A DNA stretch of 64,000 nt from Saccharofermentans sp. (GTDB lineage: Bacteria > Bacillota > Clostridia > Saccharofermentanales > Saccharofermentanaceae). Shown here in pieces: positions 9,217 through 18,803 of this stretch (its first letter is position 1; each line of letters opens with the position of its first letter). The notes below the pieces were generated by a model. That model had not been told where the DNA came from, searched no databases, and saw nothing but the letters and a program-made list of their open reading frames with translations. Both the position numbers and the translations under genes were made by a program. Where the stretch lies: positions 1,747 to 65,746 of the forward strand of contig JAZUDM010000038.1 of the NCBI GenBank assembly GCA_045639635.1, written 5' to 3'.

Positions 9217-9971
9217 TTGAGAAAATTTACACAATTCCAGTAAATGAGGCTTATGAGTCTGATTGCGAGTGTCCTCTTTGTACACTTAAGGCCAAAGCTG
9301 AAGCTGATTATCTTGATTACTATCTTGGACCTTCACTTATGGAGCCTGATACAAGAGTTCAGACTAATAAGACAGGTTTTTGCCCTGAGCATATGGGTAA
9401 GCTTAATACAAGCGAGAAGAATCGTTTGGGACTTGGATTAATGCTTCATACTCACCTCAAGGATTTCGACGAAGATATCACTGAGGAACTTAGAGCAGCA
9501 GCTCCTAACAAGGGTTCATTCTTTAAGGGACGTAATACAGAGTATAAGTCAAAGCTTAACGCTATCGCGGATAAGATTGATAAGAGAATTAAGCTCTGCC
9601 CTATCTGTGAGAAGATTGATTACACAGCAGGAAGATATGTAGAAGTTATTATGTATCTTTATTCTCACGATCCTGATTTCAGAACAAAGTTCGATAGCAA
9701 GACTCATTGTCTTCCACATACATCTTTGCTCTTAAGAAGCGCAGCTAGTAAGCTTTCACAGAACGATGCAGCTGATTTTATTGTTTCTGTTTCAAGAACT
9801 AATACAACTGCATTTAAGACACTTGAAGATGATGTAGAATGGTTTACTCTTAAATTCGACTATCGTAATAACGATAAGCCATGGGGTAACAGCAAGAATG
9901 CTATCCAGCGTTCTATGCGATTCCTGTCTGGAAACAGAGGTGATTTCGATGAACGACAGTCGAAGAAATAA
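9213..9971 (+). CDS. DUF6062-like protein with two Cys/His clusters
   Basis: MIEKIYTIPVNEAYE, CPLC...GFCPEH, CPIC...HCLPH, KFDYRN...PWG. Confidence 0.65.
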   Translation: MIEKIYTIPVNEAYESDCECPLCTLKAKAEADYLDYYLGPSLMEPDTRVQTNKTGFCPEHMGKLNTSEKNRLGLGLMLHTHLKDFDEDITEELRAAAPNKGSFFKGRNTEYKSKLNAIADKIDKRIKLCPICEKIDYTAGRYVEVIMYLYSHDPDFRTKFDSKTHCLPHTSLLLRSAASKLSQNDAADFIVSVSRTNTTAFKTLEDDVEWFTLKFDYRNNDKPWGNSKNAIQRSMRFLSGNRGDFDERQSKK

Positions 9972-10359
9972 TTATTCATTTGATGAACAGCTTGAGTTAA
10001 TGCCGCAGATGACTTTGAACAGTGGTAACTCATTTGCAGCTATTGAGTTTACACATGATTATGTTTCTACTGATTCAGAATATGGCAGAAAGGTAATTAA
10101 AAATTACATCCATTCACTTGCTCTTAATATTGAGATGGGCGCTGTAATTCTTTTATCCGATAAGGCTACAAAGCTTCTTTCTGACGAAGAGCTTTTGAAT
10201 GATTTCATTATCCTTTCTGAAAGTCATCCTATCTATGTAGCTGAATCCGCTATTGAAGAATACAAAGTTGATATTCCAGAGAATATATCTTTGCAGCTCA
10301 CATCAGATAGCGAGTTCATTCAGGTTCTTATTGAATTTCACCCATTAGTAGTTTCCTGA
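9949..10359 (+). CDS. Hypothetical protein, DsrE/YedF-like fold without cysteines (136 aa)
   Basis: GAGGTG SD before ATG 9949. DYVSTDSEYGRKVIKNYIHSL and IYVAESAIEEYKV align by eye with the YedF DsrE-like domain. Confidence 0.45.
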   Translation: MNDSRRNNYSFDEQLELMPQMTLNSGNSFAAIEFTHDYVSTDSEYGRKVIKNYIHSLALNIEMGAVILLSDKATKLLSDEELLNDFIILSESHPIYVAESAIEEYKVDIPENISLQLTSDSEFIQVLIEFHPLVVS

Positions 10360-10386
10360 TTTACAAAATTCAATTTAACATCAAAT

Positions 10387-10415
10387 AAGCCAGTCATTCG
10401 ACTGGCTTTTATTTT
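10387..10415 (+). terminator. Intrinsic terminator after the pilD-yebC cluster
   Basis: AAGCCAGTC-ATTC-GACTGGCTT followed by TTATTTT. Confidence 0.8.
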
Positions 10416-10420
10416 GTGCA

Positions 10421-10451
10421 ACAAAAGAGGGATGCAATCAAGCATCCCTCT
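10421..10451 (-). terminator. Intrinsic terminator of the PilX-like gene
   Basis: AGAGGGATGC-N6-GCATCCCTCT, followed by TTTGT on the minus strand. Confidence 0.75.
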
Positions 10452-10475
10452 AATAGTTTTGAAGTTATTCACCAA

Positions 10476-12443
10476 TTATGGTGCAGGTGTGAAGTACTCG
10501 AAACCGATTACTCTGTACTGTGAGTTGATAATTACGAGACCATCCTCACCATCGTTTGTATTAGGATCAACACAATATGGAATGTTGAGTGGTGAACCAT
10601 TGTGGTGTGTTACTGTACTTGCCATGATTCTTCCGAGGTAGTAAGCGTTAGATGCTGTGAAGTCATCAGTTGTTACCTTAGAGTCATCATTCTCACCACC
10701 GTAAAGTCCGATATAAGCCTCAACTACTGAGTAACCACCAAGTGTTACTGTGTTGCTACCATAACCGAAGATGTAAGCGTGTGGCTTAGGGTTTGAAGCT
10801 GCACTTGCACCGATTACACCACCGTTGTTATCAACGTCTGCATAATCACGACCTGTAGCAGAGTAGATACCTGCACGGCCCTGACCACCGTTACCGATGA
10901 ATGTACAGTTAGAACCTGATGTAAGAACAATCTTGAACCAGTCCTGTGGGTTATCTGTTCTAACGAGGAATCTTACGAAACGGAACTCTACAGAACCATT
11001 AATGAAGATTACGCACTGCTGTGCACCTGGATCAGTCAAATCAATCTCGATGTAATCTGTAGTACCGTTGTTTGTTGAGATAGTCAACATAGAACCAGCA
11101 TTGATTACATAAGCACCATTGATGTTTGGAAGTACGTGACCTGTAGGAGCTGTACCAGCAAGACAAGCCTGAAGTGTAGCTACTGACAATGGTGTAGCTG
11201 AACCGAGTGTGTATGTACCAAGACCAAAGATTGAACCCTCAGCCTCTGAAGCTGTTGGGTAATCCTTATTAATCTGCTCAACAAGGCTGTTAGAAATGTA
11301 GTTATCCATTCTATCACCGATAGAACCACCCTGGAGTGTCATACCAGCATCACCGAAGCTGTCAACTACTGAATCCTCAATAATCTGAGCAAGGTTTGTG
11401 ATAGTTGTTGCATCCTGAGTATTAAGATAGTTTGTATTACCTGTAAGCCATGTCTGAGCTGCATTCTCACCTGTTGGAACTGGGTTTGAAATACCAGTTG
11501 TAGCATAGTGATCAGCATCGAAAGATGCATTAGCAAATGTAATTGATGTAGGAGCAACAGATGCATTGTTAAGAACGTCAGAACGAGTCTTATCGTTAAA
11601 TGCAGCACCTGTGTTAATGAAGCCCCAGTTATTTACATAACATGGCTCATTACCAGCAGGAATGATAGCTGATGTACCAGGACGGAATGTATTTGTTGGG
11701 TTGATAAAGAAAACGTTGTTAGCGCGGAGACCACCACCAGAAGCGTTTGTCATATCAAGTGTAGCATTCTCTCCCCAGAATACGAGGTCACCCTGGAATG
11801 TAAAACCAGCACGTGGTGTGAATGTACCAAGGATGATGTAGTTAGAAATAGGGTTTGTACTAGACTCACCGCCCTTAATCTCAGCATTACCACGAATAAG
11901 TACTGTATTGTCTGATCTACCAGCACCACCAGCACCGATAACCATCTCAGCTGGGTTCATGTCAGATGATGTCTCTACCATCTGTGTGAAAGCTGGCTGT
12001 CCAGGTGTAGGTGGAGTTCTCTGAAGTGTAATCTTAACAGAGTCTGTAGCTGTACCAATCTTAGTTGTGAACTCAACAATGATGAGGTTACCAGCACCCT
12101 TATAACACTTATAAGTAGTACAGTTGTCATCGTCGTTTGAAAGACCTGGGATACCAGGAGCAACGATTTTTCTCTCAACTGGAGAACCACACATACTCTC
12201 GAGATCTGCATCAGGAATACGCTGATTTACAACGGCCTGATAGAAAGCCTCGGCAGCAGATGTAACTGTAAGTCTAGCCTGACTCTGCTCAGCCTTGTCA
12301 TAGATTCTCTCACGAGTACCTGAAGTCATCATGATAGCACAAGTAATGAAAATTGCAGCGATGATGAAAACGAACAATACTGTTACAAGTACAACACCGT
12401 TTTTGTTCTGCTGCTTTTTGTTGTTCTTAACACTTGTCAACAT
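10476..12443 (-). CDS. Large PilX/GspK-type minor pilin, putative adhesin (655 aa)
   Basis: Basic leader KNNKKQQNKNG|VVLVTVLFVFIIAAIFITCAIMM (class III-like signal, no Glu5), then QARLTVTSAAEAF (PilX-N motif). Large Gly/Asn/Thr-rich beta-type C-terminal region. Confidence 0.75.
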   Translation of the reverse strand: MLTSVKNNKKQQNKNGVVLVTVLFVFIIAAIFITCAIMMTSGTRERIYDKAEQSQARLTVTSAAEAFYQAVVNQRIPDADLESMCGSPVERKIVAPGIPGLSNDDDNCTTYKCYKGAGNLIIVEFTTKIGTATDSVKITLQRTPPTPGQPAFTQMVETSSDMNPAEMVIGAGGAGRSDNTVLIRGNAEIKGGESSTNPISNYIILGTFTPRAGFTFQGDLVFWGENATLDMTNASGGGLRANNVFFINPTNTFRPGTSAIIPAGNEPCYVNNWGFINTGAAFNDKTRSDVLNNASVAPTSITFANASFDADHYATTGISNPVPTGENAAQTWLTGNTNYLNTQDATTITNLAQIIEDSVVDSFGDAGMTLQGGSIGDRMDNYISNSLVEQINKDYPTASEAEGSIFGLGTYTLGSATPLSVATLQACLAGTAPTGHVLPNINGAYVINAGSMLTISTNNGTTDYIEIDLTDPGAQQCVIFINGSVEFRFVRFLVRTDNPQDWFKIVLTSGSNCTFIGNGGQGRAGIYSATGRDYADVDNNGGVIGASAASNPKPHAYIFGYGSNTVTLGGYSVVEAYIGLYGGENDDSKVTTDDFTASNAYYLGRIMASTVTHHNGSPLNIPYCVDPNTNDGEDGLVIINSQYRVIGFEYFTPAP

Positions 12444-12500
12444 AACTTTTCCTTCCTTATATAAGATTACATAATACGCCTAACAATAATTATCACGGTT

Positions 12501-12529
12501 ATTATAAGACAGGTTCGGGGGAATTTCAA
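12501..12529 (-). promoter_or_regulatory. Near-consensus sigma-A promoter of the PilX-like gene
   Basis: Minus strand TTGAAA (12529-12524), 17 bp, TATAAT (12506-12501). Confidence 0.8.
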
Positions 12530-12546
12530 TAAAAGATTTTGATTTT

Positions 12547-12575
12547 TTGACAATTTAGTTCACAAATTCGTCACA
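12547..12575 (-). promoter_or_regulatory. Triple TGTNA(A/C) direct repeat upstream of the -35, possible response-regulator site
   Basis: Minus strand TGTGAC-gaatt-TGTGAA-ctaaat-TGTCAA (11- and 12-bp period). Confidence 0.4.
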
Positions 12576-12596
12576 TCATTTGCCATTATTCCTTGT

Positions 12597-13607
12597 TTAT
12601 TCTGCTACATTCTCCACATTTGTGTCATTTTCGGCTGTTTTTGTCACAATTGGTGCTCCATCCTCGCCGAATTTCACAAACTCTTCTCTTTTGCTTGATA
12701 CAAGGAAATAATCATTCTGTGTAGCAAATCTTAAAACAGTAGCAGCGTAGTATTTACCACCCTTATTCTTCTTAATCTTTGTGCGTGCAAAGAAATCTCC
12801 ATGAGACTTACATGAATAAAGAGCATAAATAGACTTACGAATTCTGAAAGAATCGATTTCTGAAGTTAATCTCTCACCACAAACCGGGCAGTTATCTGTA
12901 AAACCTGCAACAAACTTCAAAGAATCCATTGCGTTTGGTGCTTCTGAACCAACATTTACGTATTCACGCTTCACATCAGGATCAATTGAAGAGTTCTCAA
13001 TTACTCTGATTACTTCACTCTTCTGGTTACAGTCGAGTACGCACTTAAAGATTTCAGCAGTATACTTGGCATCTGCTGTAGCACTATGGAACATATCACT
13101 CTTTGGAATTGAATAATAATCTACAGCAAACTCAACACTTCTCTGCTTTCCTCTCTCTCCGGCAAAATATGAGAATACTGGCTGAACATCAAGGAAATAT
13201 CTCTTAAGCATATAGTCCATATCAAAGAACTTAAGATTCATCTTAAGCATATCTGGATCTGAATTACCCCAGCCTACAAGAATTGCATCTGGTCCGCAGA
13301 ATTCCATAAACTTCTCATAAGCCTTCTTAAAACTAATACCATTAAGAAGATCTGCATCTGTCTTATGAGTTACTTTCTTTACGTGATAATGAAGCTTTGT
13401 GTATCTCTGAGGTTTAATGTCGCACGAAAAGATGCCGGCATCTTCAAACTTGCCGTCTCTATAAATAAACTTTACAGCTCCGATTTCAATAATCTCACCT
13501 GTAAGTGTTGATACGTCGAACTTGTACTCACGACCTGGAAATGGCTGATTCCACTCCATGTCAAAGATGACAAATTCTGTACCATTCTTAATCTTCTCGT
13601 TTATCAA
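12597..13607 (-). CDS. DEDDh 3'-5' exonuclease (KapD/ERI-like) with C-terminal Zn-ribbon-like region
   Basis: VIFDMEWNQ, EIIEIGAVK, WGNSDPDML, FHSATADAKYT; CPVC...CKSHG. Confidence 0.85.
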   Translation of the reverse strand: MINEKIKNGTEFVIFDMEWNQPFPGREYKFDVSTLTGEIIEIGAVKFIYRDGKFEDAGIFSCDIKPQRYTKLHYHVKKVTHKTDADLLNGISFKKAYEKFMEFCGPDAILVGWGNSDPDMLKMNLKFFDMDYMLKRYFLDVQPVFSYFAGERGKQRSVEFAVDYYSIPKSDMFHSATADAKYTAEIFKCVLDCNQKSEVIRVIENSSIDPDVKREYVNVGSEAPNAMDSLKFVAGFTDNCPVCGERLTSEIDSFRIRKSIYALYSCKSHGDFFARTKIKKNKGGKYYAATVLRFATQNDYFLVSSKREEFVKFGEDGAPIVTKTAENDTNVENVAE

Positions 13608-15972
13608 CTTCGTTTTCTCCCAGATTTTTATCTAGTGTTTTTGCTTCTTTCTGTTTTACCAAGCGTTTCTTATTATACATAAAAGATAATAATATAAAAG
13701 AAATAATCATAATTACTGAAATTATAGTTCCAATAATGAAATCTTCTTTGCTGTTTAAAATCTTTGCCTGCTGATGCTCAAGACCTCCAGATTCAACCTT
13801 GAATGCAAGGTATCCGTTAAAATCAAAACACTCAGCTTCCTCTATTAAATTATCCTTAGTATAAATAACTTCATAATCAGAACTATATCTTAAAGAAGTA
13901 ATTACTGACTTTACCCCATCGTACTTCATATAAGAACTTAATGAGAGATTAATCTCATTTCGTCTTACTTCGCCCAAAGCGTTATTAAATTCTTCCTGGG
14001 CTTCCGTGTCGATAGTCAGAGGCATTACCTGGAAAGTTCCATACATAGAGCCTTCAAAATCCATGGCAACAACGAAACTATCCTTTTCAAGTTCTACCTG
14101 CCAGAGGAATGGGCCGTCGAATTCGTAGTCATATTCCTCTTCATCGTACAAAACTCTGAGATGACACCTGCCTTCATAGGAAGAACTGATAAAGCATGGA
14201 TCATCCGCATGCTCTTTATAAATACGATAATTTACTGTCACCATTGGTATTCCAGGAGTAATTTCAAAAGCATTAAATCCAAGATCAGTTGCTCCTGAAT
14301 AGTAAATTAATGAATTACTTACATTTACGTACACAGGATTTAGCATGGCAAGAGCAGCTACAGTATTTACGTTCTGGTGAGGAGCTCCTGTTAAATAGAT
14401 TTCGCTGATATCAGAAGCAGCAACAATATACTGTGTCTTCCCTGCTTCAAAAATATAGTCATCTTCATCTGAACTTACGTTATCGAAATAAGTCTTTGGA
14501 ATAATTTCGTGTGCAGGAAAACTTGATGGAGCAAAGCAGAATGCATTGTTAAAAGTAATTCCTGAAAGAACCAAGAGCACAAGGAAAATGGAAGTGCTCT
14601 TTATATTATTTATAAGTGTATATATAAGAGAGCAGCAGATAATAACCGCGAAAGCAGAAAAATAGAGTGAAACTGTGCCGTGAGTTATTTCTGAACTTGA
14701 ACTGTTGGAAAGGATAAGATAAGCAATAATTCCAAAGGCAGGAATATAAATCTCACCGCTTCTAATAGTGTTAATATTTCTAAGGGAAATGCCTGCGATA
14801 AAGATAATATACATCGCCATGCTAATAAGTCTTGCGTAGTAAAAAGATTCCTGGGCACCTTCAAAAAGGAAAATGTTTCCAAGACCTGTATACGCAATAC
14901 TTATATAAGTAATTAATAAGAAAAGTCCTGAACAGAGCTTAAATCTAAACGGAATTACTCTGTTTACGAAGAACAAAACTAAAAGGACAAGGACAAATAC
15001 GGAAAGACCCAAGGATGGCAGATGAGTCATAATTGAAGCGCCTTCGATATTTCCATCCATGAAACTATAGATAGAATCGAATAACTTAAAGTTAACAACA
15101 CCAGTTTTAAAGGATTCAATAAAATTCTCGCTAAATCTGTTACCCAAAACAGCAGGGATAAAAATAAAAGCTGCCATTCCAAATGCGAGAATGCATGAAG
15201 AAACAAGTCTTACGTATGTCTTAATATTCTTATGTAATGTGCCAACTGTAAGAATTACTGCTGAAATCAAAAGAAGTGGCAACAGCAAAATAGTTGCGTA
15301 AATACCAGTAAGACAGAAGCAAAAGCAGGCTACTGTGGAGAAAATAAATAACTTACGTCCACCATTCCATGCATATGTTAAAAGCAAAAGAAGAACAAGT
15401 GGCATTAATACAAGGGCATTAAACATGCTTGTATTAAGAGAAGTTCTTAATGCTACAAAGGAAACTGCAAATGCTACTGAAAGTAAAAGCGAGCCTGATT
15501 TTGAAAGATTAATACGGATTCTTAAAAGAAGATATGTAAATGCTGCCAGAAGTCCATACTTAATATAGTATGCTGCAAGAAGCAAAGGCAGAATGTTCTT
15601 AGCTCCTGTAAGAAGTCCTATAAAAAACAAGATATCTATATGGAAGAATAGAACATCTCTTGCAAAGTCAGGATCGTTAATAGAAGATCCGTTCTCAATA
15701 TGTGCTTTTAAAGTATCGATGTCGCGGCAATCTCTTTCGATGCCCTCGAAGATACTCATGTCAAATTCTGAGTGACGCATGGAGAGAGAATTTCTTGTAT
15801 TCTCAGGATCAAATTCAGACGTAGCGTAAGAAAGTCCGCAGGCAAAAATCAGCACTGATAAAAGAGCTGCAAGAAGTGCCATGAGAATATCTTTGGAAGC
15901 ACCTTTGGAAAAGAATTGCTGTCCTTTAAGTTTTAGCGTTTCCATCGTTTTCATCTTTATTATCAACTTCAA
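13588..15972 (-). CDS. YfhO-like polytopic membrane protein, divergent (start codon uncertain)
   Basis: Many TM helices, large acidic extracellular domain, C-terminal TM. Segments resemble the adjacent YfhO (KYGLLAAF, ALVLMPLVLL, VNFKLFDSIYSF). Confidence 0.55.
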   Translation of the reverse strand: MKLIIKMKTMETLKLKGQQFFSKGASKDILMALLAALLSVLIFACGLSYATSEFDPENTRNSLSMRHSEFDMSIFEGIERDCRDIDTLKAHIENGSSINDPDFARDVLFFHIDILFFIGLLTGAKNILPLLLAAYYIKYGLLAAFTYLLLRIRINLSKSGSLLLSVAFAVSFVALRTSLNTSMFNALVLMPLVLLLLLTYAWNGGRKLFIFSTVACFCFCLTGIYATILLLPLLLISAVILTVGTLHKNIKTYVRLVSSCILAFGMAAFIFIPAVLGNRFSENFIESFKTGVVNFKLFDSIYSFMDGNIEGASIMTHLPSLGLSVFVLVLLVLFFVNRVIPFRFKLCSGLFLLITYISIAYTGLGNIFLFEGAQESFYYARLISMAMYIIFIAGISLRNINTIRSGEIYIPAFGIIAYLILSNSSSSEITHGTVSLYFSAFAVIICCSLIYTLINNIKSTSIFLVLLVLSGITFNNAFCFAPSSFPAHEIIPKTYFDNVSSDEDDYIFEAGKTQYIVAASDISEIYLTGAPHQNVNTVAALAMLNPVYVNVSNSLIYYSGATDLGFNAFEITPGIPMVTVNYRIYKEHADDPCFISSSYEGRCHLRVLYDEEEYDYEFDGPFLWQVELEKDSFVVAMDFEGSMYGTFQVMPLTIDTEAQEEFNNALGEVRRNEINLSLSSYMKYDGVKSVITSLRYSSDYEVIYTKDNLIEEAECFDFNGYLAFKVESGGLEHQQAKILNSKEDFIIGTIISVIMIISFILLSFMYNKKRLVKQKEAKTLDKNLGENEVDKRED

Positions 15973-18703
15973 TTAAAGCACTATCTTCATTTTCTGAAGT
16001 TTCCAAAGAAACCTCTTCTGAAGTAAGTGGAATTTCTTCTACTACTTCTGAAACTTCTTTTGATGCTGCCTTTAAAACCTTCTTGCGTGAAAGTACTTCA
16101 AGGACAGAAATTATTACAAGAAGAGTAAGTCCTGCCAAAGAAATAACAAGACCCTCCTTAAATCCTGCTGGAACATATTTAAGTTCAATTTCGTGGTGGC
16201 CGGAAGTAAGCTTAACACCACAAAGTGCATCCTGAACGCTTAAAAGTTCTGTTTCCACGCCATCTACAGTAACAACGAATCCCTCAGCATAAGGAATTGT
16301 AAGGAACAAAAGACCATCTTCCTTAACGTCAATTTCGCCTCTGATTGATGTATCATCGTAAGAAGTTACATTAAGCTGTTCGTCAGAAAGAATATTAAGC
16401 ATCTGCTCGTAGCCTTCCTGATTAAGTTCATAAGCATAGTAATGAAGTGTTCCAGATGGTGATGGTGAATATGAAATTGTTACATCCAAAGGTTCACCCT
16501 CGTACTTACCAAGATAAAGGATCTGGTAACTTCTTGTATCGAATGTTCTTGTGCTGTCGCCACATGTAACAGTAACGTTCGCATTCTTTGAAGAATCGAC
16601 ATAACAGTAAATATCGCTGCCGATTGTCCTTCCCTCGATTGAAGTCTCAATTACAGTCTCCTTATTTGGATCCTGAACTGTATAAAGACGGCCGTTTCCT
16701 GATTCACCTTCGGATGAGATATTAGATGAGAACAAAGGCTCAACATAAAGTGGTGAATATACATCGTAAGGTACGCCCATTGAACGAACCCAGTCATTTG
16801 TCTTATAGAAACAGTCAACGTAAGTTGCATCAGGAACGTATCTTAAAATATCAGTTGAAACCATGTAACCAACAGAAAGTGCATCGGGGTTACCGTAGAA
16901 AACAACTTCATCTTCCCTATAATCTTCCTCAAACATTGGAGGGAGAGTAGAAGTATTCTCAATTACTGCAAGATTACGGATATTCAAAAGATCTGCAGTA
17001 ACTCTTGTTAAACCAAAGTTTCTAAGACCATTGATTCCGTTGTTGTGGAAACCAAAGTTACGCATGTACTTAATAAAACTCTCTCTTGCTGTAGAAGAGA
17101 AAATAGAAGTTCCCTTTACATCGTAAACAGACTGAATACAACAGATAAAGTTAGGATAAAGCTCTGTTCTTTCGAAAGGAAGATGTCCTTCGGAGCCTTC
17201 GATTTCGAGAGTATGTGTATGGATGATATCTCTGTTCTTTCCATAGAAATCGTATCCAGTGAAGCCTTCGTGCTCGCATACTCTTCCTACAGTAAACATG
17301 GATGAAGTAAAGATCTCAACTGCCATAGTGATTGCAATCAAAACCTCGTAGAAAGAAGATTTTCGCTTGCCTTCACGAATTGCCTTAATTACAGCACCCT
17401 GAATGATAATGAATAAAAGTGTTAATCCAATCTGCTGGTAACCTTCATTACCTTCACCGAACTTCTCGAATAAAACTACAAAAATACCGGCGCCAACTGA
17501 AACTGCAGTAATAGCCTGAGGTGTAAACTGCTTTAAGACACGGATAGTCATATGTGCCATATAAACAAGCACAAAACTCATAAGGAATGACTGTCTGTAT
17601 GGAATCTGGTTTGGGAAATGAAATCCATGCCAGATATAGTCCAAAGTTCTGTTTGTAAAACTTATATATAGTAATAAAAGGATAAAACCGAAACCAATCT
17701 TATGTCTAAGGCTGATGCCACTATTCTTTTTAGCTGCAAAGAAAAGCGGAATCATAAGAACTATAACTACACCGCAGGCAACATTTGCCATACCATCACG
17801 AATGTTTGGATTGGCACTAACCATAAGTCTTCCAAGGAAATCAAAAAGGTTCCCTGTAAGGTTATAGTCAACTTCAAGTTCACTGTTTGTTGCAGATGAG
17901 TGCTGAAGAATCATATAAACAGGAAGCACCATAAATGCGGACATCATACCTGCAACAAGACTTGCTACTGTAAACTTACCAGCGCACTTAAAGAATGTCT
18001 TAAATCCAAGGTTAGATGAATCGTGAATTGCAAAATAGTAAACAATAGAAAATGGAACGAGGAACAGACAGATAAAATAACCTGCGTAGAAATTAGAAGT
18101 TATGCATAGGGCAAGAGCGATAATATAAAGCTTGAACTTACCTTCTAACATAAGCTTACGAAGGCCTAGAATAATAAGTGGTAAAAGCACGTAGGCATCG
18201 CACCACATGATGTTCCAAAAATCTGTTAAAAACCATCCGCTAAGAGCATAGGATGCTCCAAATAAAACAGTAACAAAATCATAACGCCTGTTATCAGAAG
18301 AAGATAAAAGCATTCCCATAAAAAGTGACGCAAGACCAGCTCTTAAAGCTACTACAAAAGCAACAAATACAGGCAAAGTCTTGTATGGGAAGAAAACACA
18401 AAGGAAATTAAGTGGGCTTGCAGCGTAATTTGCATACGCTCCAAAGTACTCAGTTCCAAGACCTGAATTAAAGGAATAAAAGAATGATCGTCCTTCTAAA
18501 AGCTTGGCACGGAACTCATAAATAAACGGCATGTACTGGTGATAAAGATCAACTGTAAGAACAGTTCTGTCACCTACCGGATATACATCAAGAAAAGAAA
18601 ATACAACAATTATTACAAGGAATGGAAAAAGGAACGACAGCAAACGCGCGTCGCCTAAAAAATCCAAAAACTTGTTAAATGCCACCATTAGTTTCTTTTT
18701 CAT
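15926..18703 (-). CDS. yfhO: YfhO family GT-C membrane glycosyltransferase
   Basis: DLYHQYMPF, YAASPLN, MWCDAYVLLPLIILG, YIWHGFHFPNQIPYRQSF, FLTIPYAEGFVVTVDG, GHHEIELKYVPAGF. Confidence 0.88.
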   Translation of the reverse strand: MKKKLMVAFNKFLDFLGDARLLSFLFPFLVIIVVFSFLDVYPVGDRTVLTVDLYHQYMPFIYEFRAKLLEGRSFFYSFNSGLGTEYFGAYANYAASPLNFLCVFFPYKTLPVFVAFVVALRAGLASLFMGMLLSSSDNRRYDFVTVLFGASYALSGWFLTDFWNIMWCDAYVLLPLIILGLRKLMLEGKFKLYIIALALCITSNFYAGYFICLFLVPFSIVYYFAIHDSSNLGFKTFFKCAGKFTVASLVAGMMSAFMVLPVYMILQHSSATNSELEVDYNLTGNLFDFLGRLMVSANPNIRDGMANVACGVVIVLMIPLFFAAKKNSGISLRHKIGFGFILLLLYISFTNRTLDYIWHGFHFPNQIPYRQSFLMSFVLVYMAHMTIRVLKQFTPQAITAVSVGAGIFVVLFEKFGEGNEGYQQIGLTLLFIIIQGAVIKAIREGKRKSSFYEVLIAITMAVEIFTSSMFTVGRVCEHEGFTGYDFYGKNRDIIHTHTLEIEGSEGHLPFERTELYPNFICCIQSVYDVKGTSIFSSTARESFIKYMRNFGFHNNGINGLRNFGLTRVTADLLNIRNLAVIENTSTLPPMFEEDYREDEVVFYGNPDALSVGYMVSTDILRYVPDATYVDCFYKTNDWVRSMGVPYDVYSPLYVEPLFSSNISSEGESGNGRLYTVQDPNKETVIETSIEGRTIGSDIYCYVDSSKNANVTVTCGDSTRTFDTRSYQILYLGKYEGEPLDVTISYSPSPSGTLHYYAYELNQEGYEQMLNILSDEQLNVTSYDDTSIRGEIDVKEDGLLFLTIPYAEGFVVTVDGVETELLSVQDALCGVKLTSGHHEIELKYVPAGFKEGLVISLAGLTLLVIISVLEVLSRKKVLKAASKEVSEVVEEIPLTSEEVSLETSENEDSALIEVDNKDENDGNAKT

Positions 18704-18803
18704 AACTCATAGATATTATCACGATTTGTAGCATTGTGGTAACAAATGCGTAATTACTTTTGTGGTAAAGTATACTCAAGTATTTCTATGTGTAGGTGAA
18801 AAA

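Noticed and set aside
18734-18768. TTGTGGTAA repeated twice (26-bp period) in the yfhO/lipid-kinase divergent region
   Set aside because: Does not match Rex or other motifs I know, the spacing is atypical, and it may be chance in AT-rich DNA.
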